Virus record (IMG/VR): IMGVR_UViG_3300037249_000571
Coordinates: 3,527 to 67,526 of that record
Direction: 5' to 3' (one strand)
Length of the DNA: 64,000 nucleotides
From: a virus
Lineage: Duplodnaviria; Caudoviricetes
Positions 54,601 through 61,060 of this stretch are shown one piece after another (the first letter of the stretch is position 1; the number at the start of each line of letters is the position of its first letter). The position numbers were made by a program, and so were the translations under genes. The notes under the pieces were generated by a model that was given only the letters and a program-made list of their open reading frames with translations, was not told the DNA's origin and ran no database searches.

Positions 54601-54874
54601 CCTGCATATCCTGATGCAGCTTCTGCTTGGTAATGGACCCATTCTGCACCGTGGTCGTGGCTTCCGGATGGTCTGTCAGCCAGTCGGATACGGCTTCACC
54701 CACCTGCTCGTCAGTAGGCGTGCCCTCATCCACCCATTCGGTGGTACCGTCGCCATTGGAACGGAGCAGTTGTCCGTCTGTGCCATTGGGGTTTTCGACA
54801 GGCAAAGGCACTTTACTTCCGTCACGGAAAACATACAGCCTGCCGTCAATGTTTACTTTTGGAATTTCGCTCAA
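48698..54874 (-). CDS. 2058-aa multidomain adhesin/tail fibre, DGR target
   Basis: LamG-like, CotH-kinase-like (VQGTSS, YDWDT), LRR-like, InlB-B-like repeats (YTVRFLNYDG), C-terminal C-type-lectin-like (DUF6273-like) VR domain. Confidence 0.85.
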   Translation of the reverse strand: MSEIPKVNIDGRLYVFRDGSKVPLPVENPNGTDGQLLRSNGDGTTEWVDEGTPTDEQVGEAVSDWLTDHPEATTTVQNGSITKQKLHQDMQDELSGMQDDIADLKTASNTHATKNEVNTKLNDFVQSIEQSPTGILVTFGDESTEDIPIDSGGLAFDGGFVQQNEEDGKFYLHLTADGEEIEDFNPIEIPATGGGGTGSTSAIVLTNVVKHTAVRNGADALFGFTATSSDDTGIMARWFVDGVQVSTDEKDSGASFSFNAKNYLRPSDTSIVQVTISSESGASLTRKWTVTSTAFSLSWGAAINPITLYTANEDIYAVVNVTAQGGTVNNVTVTVNGHEVTRSVTGSRALTVALDKSWFQLGANTVTASMVSSTDVTDTAEDIHYVALWGYGTSAPVVAFAKSAQTGTQYDISVIHYFVYDPGNETAAASIQFGSETARSLSASREMQTYRHAPQEDGTVTVTLRCGMSSASMTLTVEPSAYNIGMVSGDSLRYHLDPVGHSNADNDRDQFGGMTFSPGFDWVNGGFQTDGDGASAFVVKKGHRATLPRSLFADSDTNGKMIHLSFKITNSDQYDAVAMQDMNNGATKGLILRANEGELRLNNVSGQSFRYCEESRIDLSILVEEVTNQRIVTLWLDGIPSKVDAYEANTLVQDENSLVIGSDHCDVWIYTIRAYNAAFSQQEMIQNYISLGSTTQEKISRYLVNNIFDSNGKITPATLHAAMPGLTVIEISAPRMTVSKNDPVPADIRITDGSNVILLLAADGTVFKVQGTSSVAYGRSGYNMDLDFKKTGLSYALSSGAIPVSYLNVKANIASSENANNICAVDWYNNFQPYLIEARENNSAVRDTMEGKPCAVFFTNTSDSAVWVSSQLVEPGETILYVMGDLCNSKKNTGVFGQNGEGAHPTKGCVEVSGNDTEAQRFRSTATYNAEDGEWQTTRIENGQTVVTKEFEWRMEPEAEDLDDVVAAWDAAVAWAASTVGDSAKFKREVGNYFAINSLLYHFLAIEFLNAYDDVSKNTFYSYDWDKTEQRYLWNIVKAYDWDTILAYDNDGKPLGDYGLDYGDTIDGTVNGRSYFNAVDNPIWANIKEAFQPELSAMYISLRSQGAWNAEDMIAKWDNYQNRRPHAAMVHDAYVKYIYPYKTIGVVIDGTTLGYDDNYLSRLAGSKTYQRKQFFTYQTAYMDGKYGYYSKTNSTQFRTNGDSSRKDFTVKAYAKTYITVLADDSKVASRKVEAGGEAVFANVSVGSNTTIYITPDRLIQRVRPLNETQNSTFSASGAAKLMEALLGGETENTAWLSGTGLNIPSVILKDLSIRNMVNFSGALNLSANVELETLDTRGTNAGQITLPSYAPLTSVKLNACTGITARHLNAVEDFSLESGGNLTSVLIEDCNSLINEAMLAYLNQATAAGGNATRRIRMIGVNWAIQDISTLYSLATKWKGYNALGEEQNAPVLTGAVTVQRWSQSKLTAVQAAFPDLTITANPSGEVPNYTVRFLNYDGTVLTAAQSIEQGSAPSNPGITPTRASSVSTSYTFDGWSWTNGGTVIDDLSEVVITQDSDLYAHYTESVRTYRVRWYNGSTLLETQTVNYGADAVYSGNDPVSEAEGDYAMYYLFKGWDKSTGFVAEDLDVYAQYDGAVAPSSGILSGFTPEQLHALVETEVLSPTGANNTLVASGDTIDIVAGNDYTFSNVDSHELISLASPQTFDGTNYLKPQIDGNDILLFDTDKSFTLAIDFAYDTTSDAGGCLAACYHGNGFLLRYASGGSVRYGISATQAVSSNGVRQMVVLRKKAGENKLHVYGSNKNANAIVYAALEQASAPSHNAPLVFGAQMAEDSYVENYGKGTVYWAKLWDGDLGDTICRDIAAWPRQTFKMQAVGSSERAFRNFTRVDNQRYVNCAFLLKELLEETHQMNPTNTNVGGWKDAPIRTWLNTRLLKALPCKWRQMLLTVYVHSSAGNKSTSLVDPPAEDKIWIPSTKEMGWEVNTTPYAQESDAPFTVFTDNNSRIKRLNFGAGAADGWWLRSPYAGYANGFWSTYSDGSAYYYAGAGYSYGISFGFCI
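48709..48839 (-). repeat. DGR variable repeat (VR)
   Basis: 131 nt at 3' end of adhesin gene encoding WWLRSP...GISFG. Confidence 0.95.
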
Positions 54875-54893
54875 ACGTTGTTCCTCCTCTCAC

Positions 54894-55346
54894 TCAATGC
54901 ACCTGCGACATAACGAACAGCGTATCGCCTTCCACATAAATGTTGGGCGCATTGATGATCTGAACATTTGTTTCAAGAGCAACGGTTTCTTCGGGAATAT
55001 AATTCTTGACATAGGCTTCCAGCAATGCGATGGTCGTTTTGGTTTCCCCATTCTTTACTTGAACGGCGATCGTGTCCTTGCCAACGATGGCGTAAGCGGC
55101 TTCCGGAAGATCGATATACGCTTTCCCTTCGTCAATACCGCCGGGAATGATCACAAGGCTTCCATTGTCTCGCATCACATAGCCAGTCACTTCGCCTTCT
55201 AAGTTTTGAAGCGTATGGTTCTTGCATACCTCCACGACGATTCGGTTTGCCAGATTATCCCGAGAAAAGAACGTGGCTCCCGTTCGCTGTGTTTGTAATG
55301 GCACGGTCAATTCAGTTCGGACCGGCGTTATAAATTGCTGAGCCAT
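54894..55346 (-). CDS. BppU N-terminal-like baseplate protein
   Basis: DNLANRIVVEV, GKAYIDLPEAAYAIVG pattern. Confidence 0.65.
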   Translation of the reverse strand: MAQQFITPVRTELTVPLQTQRTGATFFSRDNLANRIVVEVCKNHTLQNLEGEVTGYVMRDNGSLVIIPGGIDEGKAYIDLPEAAYAIVGKDTIAVQVKNGETKTTIALLEAYVKNYIPEETVALETNVQIINAPNIYVEGDTLFVMSQVH

Positions 55347-55360
55347 AAACGTTCATCTCC

Positions 55361-55804
55361 TTATGTTCCGCCGCCGGAAGATGATCCACCGCTGGGCGGG
55401 GTGTAATCCTGGTTATTTCCGCCAGAAAGGCCGTTCTGTTTATCGGTCACGTGCTGCTGAGAAGCGACAACGTCCGCGATCTGCGTAGCCCAGGTGGGAT
55501 CGTTCGTCAGCCTGTAAAGATCATCAAAAGTCTTTTGCAGGTAATCCACGGCGACCCCACGGGCTGCGGAAGCCCTGCTAATAACAACATCCTGAAGGTT
55601 GCTCAACGCTCCATCGATCCCGCTGCCGACGTTCGTTTTCAGCCAATTTACGATCGCGGCTTTCTGCGCCGCCCAATCGGTCAGGTTGATTTCTTTCGTT
55701 GCGTCCGTCGCGTTCTGGTTACCATGGATATTGTTGTATATCGTGGTCGCGGCATCCAACGCCGTCTGTGCCTGTGCAGCATTCGTCGGGGGCGTGGCAG
55801 GCAT
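55361..55804 (-). CDS. hypothetical tail-module protein
   Basis: 147-aa ORF with GGAGG RBS. Confidence 0.6.
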   Translation of the reverse strand: MPATPPTNAAQAQTALDAATTIYNNIHGNQNATDATKEINLTDWAAQKAAIVNWLKTNVGSGIDGALSNLQDVVISRASAARGVAVDYLQKTFDDLYRLTNDPTWATQIADVVASQQHVTDKQNGLSGGNNQDYTPPSGGSSSGGGT

Positions 55805-55845
55805 GGCTCATTCACCTCCCAATGTTCTGCGTTCCGCCATTTTGA

Positions 55846-56127
55846 TCACGCTTCTGCTTTGGGTAAAGGCACCACTTTTTGGGTTTGCTTTCTCTTCGGA
55901 GCAGGTTTCTCGGGCTCCGGCTGCGCTTCCGGCTGGGGCGCCTGGGTGGTCAGCGCCTGCTTCACTTTCTCCAGGATCACCACCACTTCATTGATGGGCT
56001 GGATAATAGCGCTGCACTGTGCGAGGGTGGCGGGAATGTTGCCAAGGGGAATGTTGCCAAGCTTATTCTGGCAATAACTGATCGCTTCAATCGGGGTAAC
56101 AGCCATTTCTTTGTTTTGATTATTCAT
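55846..56127 (-). CDS. hypothetical protein
   Basis: 93-aa ORF with RBS. Confidence 0.55.
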   Translation of the reverse strand: MNNQNKEMAVTPIEAISYCQNKLGNIPLGNIPATLAQCSAIIQPINEVVVILEKVKQALTTQAPQPEAQPEPEKPAPKRKQTQKVVPLPKAEA

Positions 56128-56155
56128 GGATGAAACTTCCTTTCTCTTCTTTTTA

Positions 56156-59100
56156 TCATTCCCAATAAACTGCGCCTGCTACCGTTCCTTTTAACATGAC
56201 GCTGTCTTTATACACATAGTGACCAGCCGCACCGGTAAACGTCTGACCGGGGACAAGCGTAATATCCGAGGGGAATGAAATATAATGATTGTCATTAACA
56301 CTCGCCTTAGCCGTATAAGATGTTGTCGGCGTAACTCCTTGAACGGAGGTAGTGGTTGGGATTGTAACTGTATCAGCAGTTTTCCCAGAAACAGCCACGG
56401 CGGCATTGTAGCCGGCAATCCAGCCAGTGTTATATATAGACGTTGCGTCAACTGGTAGTGTTTTAACGCTTGTTCCATTTACCGTTGCTGTTACTGTCGC
56501 GGCATTATTAGACCAGGTTCCAAGAGACAAAACAGTATTATTCTTTAGAAGCGTTTCAATGTTATACTGTACCCAATCCGAACCAATAGAATGGCTGTTA
56601 TCTTCGATGTTCGTATATAGTCGAACGGTTGTCCCTGTCGGAAAAGACGCGCTATTGGCAGTTGCCGGTAAGCTGATAGCAAAGGCAATGCTGTCAATTG
56701 TCGTATTGTTGTTGTCTTTCATAGCAACAACTCTTGACCGACCAGACCATGAACCTTTATTTAATGTATATCTTGCCGCCGCAATTTGATTCTGATACCA
56801 AGTTGTGGCGGTTACATCAAAAGGGATAGTGTCTCCGCCGCCTCCTAATGTAGTATACGTGAGAGTATAAACTCCATTGGAGAAAGAACCGGAAAGACCA
56901 TCAATGACATTGTCTAATCCGTTGTAATTATCAGCGCTGATGGTCGTTACAGCTAATGTACCCTGACAATTGATGGACTGCACGTCAAGACTGCTGGCTT
57001 CAACGTATCCAAAAACAACATCGTCGCCATACATGTAATACGAGCTCAGATCGTCCATCTTCACAAAACCGGAAAAGCTGATAGACTGGCCAGCAATCGT
57101 AATACCGCTATCTGTCACGCTGACTTCCGATCTGCCAACTTTCGCAGTAAGGCTTGAATTTGCCGAAATATCAATGTAATCGCCAAGCAGCCGCAAAGCG
57201 GTTTTGTTCCCTTGGGATTGCCCTGTCAGTTTTTCAGCAATGATGCCCGCTGTAAGATTATCTTCGGAATAAACACCATAACTCGTTCCGTTCTTATCCA
57301 GCTTCAGCCCGCTGCCTTCGTTGATATGCAGCACATTATTCGCGTCAATGGTCAGGATACCGTTTGCCAAAGACAGATTAGCCGCCGTGGCGTGAATCGT
57401 GCTGCCAAATATCTTCTTGATCGTACCATCGACGGTATCTACGTTTCCCGCCACAAACGTCATCGTGTTGGCCTGCGTATAAATGGTGTCCGCGATGGTC
57501 ACGATGTTGTCTGCCAGGGTATAGATATTATCTGCAATGGTTACGATGTCCTTAGCCTCGTTCCAGATCAGATTGGCATGGGTGTATACGTTATCCGCAA
57601 TCGTCACTACGTTGTCGGCGATATTGTAGATGTTATGGGCATTGTTGATAATGTCCTGGGCCTGATTGTAGATCAGGTTGGCGTGGGTAAAGACATTATC
57701 TGCAATCGTAACCACGTTGTCAGCCACCGTATAGATGTTATCCGCGATGGTTACGATGTCCTTAGCCTCGTTCCAGATCAGATTGGCATGGGTGTATACG
57801 TTATCCGCAATCGTCACTACGTTGTCGGCGATATTGTAGATGTTATGGGCGTTATGAACGATGTTTTCCGCGGCGAGATGGATCATGCCACTGTCAATCG
57901 TGACGCGGCCGTATGTGCCGTCATCGCCCTTTGCAAGCAGCGTCAGCTTGCCCGCTGTACCGAGCCATAAATCTTCCAGCGCGTGCAATTCGATATTGCG
58001 GGAAGAAATCAGAAACAGCTTGGAAATGGAAGAGTCCTCTTCGTCCAGTTCCTCCCGAATGGATTTGTATTTGTACCCCTCGCTGCGGGAAGACGAAGCG
58101 TAGGACGAGGAAATGCTCCCGCTGCTGCTCCCGGCGTCGTTGATAGCCAGTTCGGATACGTTCTTGAAGGTGGCCGTATCGTTCTTCGGGTTTTCCAAAT
58201 CCTTGTGCATCGCAGCGGCGACCATCGGCCCGTCGAAGCCCTCGATATCGTTGAATACGTCCCCCAGATCGACGCGCTCGATTTCCGGGTTCAGCAGATG
58301 CAGATCGATCAGGCTGATTTCGCAGGTCTTGGGTAGCTCCGCCACGCGCCGATTCAGAAAGTCCATGGCCGCGTTGTACAGCGTCTGCGCGTCCTCGATA
58401 TCCGGGAAATTCTCGGTATGGATGATCCGGCCCCATTTCGCGATGCGGTCCGGCAGCTCGATCACCTTGTTTCCGGCGTCCAGATGGGTCCGAATCAGGC
58501 TCTTTCCCTGCTGAAGCAGGAACTCATTTTGACTGGAAAGCGGAATGGACACCCGGGCATATTTCGCGTCGTGGGGCGAAGTCACCCAGGCCAGGGTCTT
58601 TCCGGATTCCGATTCTTCGCCGGACAGCAGCTTCTTTTTGCTGTCGTAAAAGCTCATCCGGAAAGGCGTGGGGCTGCCGGTATAGGGCGAATCCTCCTTG
58701 ACCTCGATGTAAGCGGAAGTATAGCCCCATGCCGCATCGTCCTCAATTTCCTCGCCCATCTCGTAATTCAGCTGTTTCCCGGTCACTTGTCCGCTTCTGC
58801 TGGCAAGATTGCCGGAAGCCGGTTCAAACCGCTGCGTTGCGGTATAACGGCTGGGAAACGAAATCTTGACGAGGGAAATGCCGCTTGGAATGGTGATGTA
58901 ATCGCCGCCCAAATCGTTGACGGGGGTGAAGGTATCCGTCACCTTCATTTCTCCCGTCGGGTCTCCATTTTCGTCTTCAATGGGCTCGTAATAGTTCAGG
59001 TAAACGGAACCGGGCGTCGCCAGATACGTGGCTCCGGGTGTGACGGACACCATCTCCGTATGGCACCACCGGTCCGATTGCGTTGCGATTTCTTTCAGGA

Positions 59101-60178
59101 AGATGCCGCCGAGCACCTCTCCCTGTACATAGCCGCCGATCAGGTTCCGTCCGGGCGTCTTGAACACAGCCCGGTTCTTGTATACGGTGGGGTAGGACAT
59201 CCGGGCGAAGGTTGCCTTTGCCGGGGCCGTCACCTCGTTGCTGCCCGCCTCCTCGGCGGCTGAATCAGGGTCTTCATCCCCGGTAAAGAAAGTGCCTACG
59301 CACTTTTTGGCGCTGTCGTAGAAGTTGATGCGGCATTGCGCCGGGTAGAAAACATAAGTCGCGCCCGGCGTTACCGGCATATAGTCCGGGGAATAGCACC
59401 AGTCCTCCGTGTCCACGATGGTTTCCGTGTCCTTGGCCGTCAGCTTTTTCCCAGACACCAGCGAAGATGAGGAAAACAGGTTTTTGCTGCTGGCGCCCTC
59501 GATGGTCAGCTTGTTCTTCCCAATGGGCCGCAGAATAGAGAATACGTTTTCGCCGGACACGTGCTTCTGCTTATCGATGATGTTTTCGCCAACCTTGATA
59601 GGCTGGCTGTTCACGTGGGTGTTTTCCTGAATGTAATCCAAATAGCGCTTGCCGCCTTCCAGACGCACCCGCAGAAAGCCGCCGTGTTTTCCGGTCAGAC
59701 TGCTGGTCAGCGCGTTCTGCGTGGTGATATAGCTCTCTATTTTGAATTCCATTTCGGTGGACGCCTTTTCGTGGGTCACTTCGCCCACTTCAAACTGCTT
59801 GTTGGCTTCCACCTGACTGTTATGGCTCTCAATGCAGCGCCGGAAGAACGCCGCTATCGTTTCTGTTACGGTCACCGGCTCCAGCTCACTGTCCAGCAGA
59901 AAGGTCAGCGCTCCTTCGCAGTATACCTGAAGCCCGCCGTACAAATCTTCATCCGCTGTCAGCACCCGCCCGTAAAACAAACAGTCGTCGTCCTGGTAGG
60001 CGGTCACGAAAGTCTGCATTTCCTGCATTTGCTCCAGAAGCGGATGACCTTGGAGCAGGGTAAATTCCAGCGATCCAGCCTGGCTCAGTTCAGGGTCCAG
60101 GCCAGGGCCGGTCACAGGGTAATCGTCCTTGTTGGCGCTGTCATAGATCACCTGGTCGCCAGTCAGAATCTTGTACAT
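56156..60178 (-). CDS. Tal/baseplate hub with three inserted CBM-like modules, heptad repeat and variable tip
   Basis: N-terminal prophage-endopeptidase-like tail domain; three xNL...W..S...V.PG..Y modules; about 21 x-x-x-A-x-x-I repeats. Confidence 0.8.
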   Translation of the reverse strand: MYKILTGDQVIYDSANKDDYPVTGPGLDPELSQAGSLEFTLLQGHPLLEQMQEMQTFVTAYQDDDCLFYGRVLTADEDLYGGLQVYCEGALTFLLDSELEPVTVTETIAAFFRRCIESHNSQVEANKQFEVGEVTHEKASTEMEFKIESYITTQNALTSSLTGKHGGFLRVRLEGGKRYLDYIQENTHVNSQPIKVGENIIDKQKHVSGENVFSILRPIGKNKLTIEGASSKNLFSSSSLVSGKKLTAKDTETIVDTEDWCYSPDYMPVTPGATYVFYPAQCRINFYDSAKKCVGTFFTGDEDPDSAAEEAGSNEVTAPAKATFARMSYPTVYKNRAVFKTPGRNLIGGYVQGEVLGGIFLKEIATQSDRWCHTEMVSVTPGATYLATPGSVYLNYYEPIEDENGDPTGEMKVTDTFTPVNDLGGDYITIPSGISLVKISFPSRYTATQRFEPASGNLASRSGQVTGKQLNYEMGEEIEDDAAWGYTSAYIEVKEDSPYTGSPTPFRMSFYDSKKKLLSGEESESGKTLAWVTSPHDAKYARVSIPLSSQNEFLLQQGKSLIRTHLDAGNKVIELPDRIAKWGRIIHTENFPDIEDAQTLYNAAMDFLNRRVAELPKTCEISLIDLHLLNPEIERVDLGDVFNDIEGFDGPMVAAAMHKDLENPKNDTATFKNVSELAINDAGSSSGSISSSYASSSRSEGYKYKSIREELDEEDSSISKLFLISSRNIELHALEDLWLGTAGKLTLLAKGDDGTYGRVTIDSGMIHLAAENIVHNAHNIYNIADNVVTIADNVYTHANLIWNEAKDIVTIADNIYTVADNVVTIADNVFTHANLIYNQAQDIINNAHNIYNIADNVVTIADNVYTHANLIWNEAKDIVTIADNIYTLADNIVTIADTIYTQANTMTFVAGNVDTVDGTIKKIFGSTIHATAANLSLANGILTIDANNVLHINEGSGLKLDKNGTSYGVYSEDNLTAGIIAEKLTGQSQGNKTALRLLGDYIDISANSSLTAKVGRSEVSVTDSGITIAGQSISFSGFVKMDDLSSYYMYGDDVVFGYVEASSLDVQSINCQGTLAVTTISADNYNGLDNVIDGLSGSFSNGVYTLTYTTLGGGGDTIPFDVTATTWYQNQIAAARYTLNKGSWSGRSRVVAMKDNNNTTIDSIAFAISLPATANSASFPTGTTVRLYTNIEDNSHSIGSDWVQYNIETLLKNNTVLSLGTWSNNAATVTATVNGTSVKTLPVDATSIYNTGWIAGYNAAVAVSGKTADTVTIPTTTSVQGVTPTTSYTAKASVNDNHYISFPSDITLVPGQTFTGAAGHYVYKDSVMLKGTVAGAVYWE
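57537..57850. repeat. exact 104-bp direct repeat, period 210 nt
   Basis: 57537-57640 identical to 57747-57850. Confidence 0.9.
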
Positions 60179-60190
60179 GGCGTTTTCTCC

Positions 60191-60652
60191 TTATGAGAGT
60201 AATGAATCGATACTGGTCGCCTGTGTTTTTGCCTCATATTCCGTCGGCTCGATGATATACTCAAAGGTAATAGCGGTGGCATTCTTTCCGGTGGTCGTTT
60301 CGCCCACGGTAAAGCGCCCCTGCCAGTAGTAATCCGGGTCTTCCTCGAACTGCACCTTCATCCGTCCGCCATGCAGGAATTTTCGGATCTCCCTCATCAA
60401 CTGGGGTCTTTCTGTGGTATTGTCTGCCACCACGAAGTCCCAGCTTCCCTCGCTGTTCTTGAAGGTGGTTTCCCCGTCGTTCAGCACGCCGGTAAGGTCC
60501 AGCGGGCCTTTCTTCCTTCCGGGAATCTCTACGAAGTTGAAATCCGGCTCGGGGGGAATAACCATCGGCGGAGTAGTGGGGATCAAGCGCCAATCCTCCC
60601 AGGTATTCTTCTTCTGCCCGTCCTCTCGGGTAAAGGTTACGGAGTAATACAT
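60191..60652 (-). CDS. distal tail protein (Dit)
   Basis: from MYYSVTF; EIPGR..PLDLT, G.W.F, FEEDPDYYWQGR. Confidence 0.8.
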   Translation of the reverse strand: MYYSVTFTREDGQKKNTWEDWRLIPTTPPMVIPPEPDFNFVEIPGRKKGPLDLTGVLNDGETTFKNSEGSWDFVVADNTTERPQLMREIRKFLHGGRMKVQFEEDPDYYWQGRFTVGETTTGKNATAITFEYIIEPTEYEAKTQATSIDSLLS

Positions 60653-60653
60653 C

Positions 60654-60682
60654 TTGCATTTCCTCTGAAAATCATATAGAAT
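60654..60682 (+). promoter_or_regulatory. sigmaA-type promoter TTGCAT-17-TAGAAT
   Basis: divergent from the Dit start, upstream of plus-strand moron. Confidence 0.7.
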
Positions 60683-60705
60683 GAACGTAAGGATGGTGAT
60701 CGCAT

Positions 60706-61020
60706 ATGTCGGTGAGGCTCGTTTCGCTGAAATGCCCAAGCTGCGGCAAAGCGCTTTCCGTGGAAAAAGGCGCTGAAAACGTATTCTGCACCTATTGCGG
60801 CACGCCGCTGCGCGTGGAACCGAGAAACCGCTTTTCCTTACATTTCTTCAATGAAGCGAAGATCAGAAAAGCGGAAGCGAATGAGAAGATCAGGCTGAAA
60901 CAGCTCGAAATGAAGGAACGGGAAGCCCAGCGAAAACGAAAAGACCAATGGATCGCCATTGCCGTCGCTCTGCTGTTCGCTTTCGCCATGATCTTCATTC
61001 CGATGCTGCTTCGCAAATAA
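60706..61020 (+). CDS. moron: zinc-ribbon, coiled-coil, C-terminal TM protein
   Basis: CPSCG...CTYCG; TM helix; own promoter and terminator. Confidence 0.75.
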   Translation: MSVRLVSLKCPSCGKALSVEKGAENVFCTYCGTPLRVEPRNRFSLHFFNEAKIRKAEANEKIRLKQLEMKEREAQRKRKDQWIAIAVALLFAFAMIFIPMLLRK

Positions 61021-61025
61021 AGAAT

Positions 61026-61058
61026 CCGGGCAGGCTTTTTACGGCACTGCCCGGTTTT
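61026..61058. terminator. hairpin between convergent moron and TMP stops
   Basis: CCGGGCAG/CTGCCCGG stem with T-run. Confidence 0.65.
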
Positions 61059-61060
61059 GT

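Noticed and set aside
57500-57860. CRISPR array (also considered for TMP repeats and early-region junctions)
   Set aside because: The repeats are in-frame coding duplications or promoter junctions without unique equal-length spacers; no cas operon, and the PD-(D/E)XK gene is a typical phage nuclease
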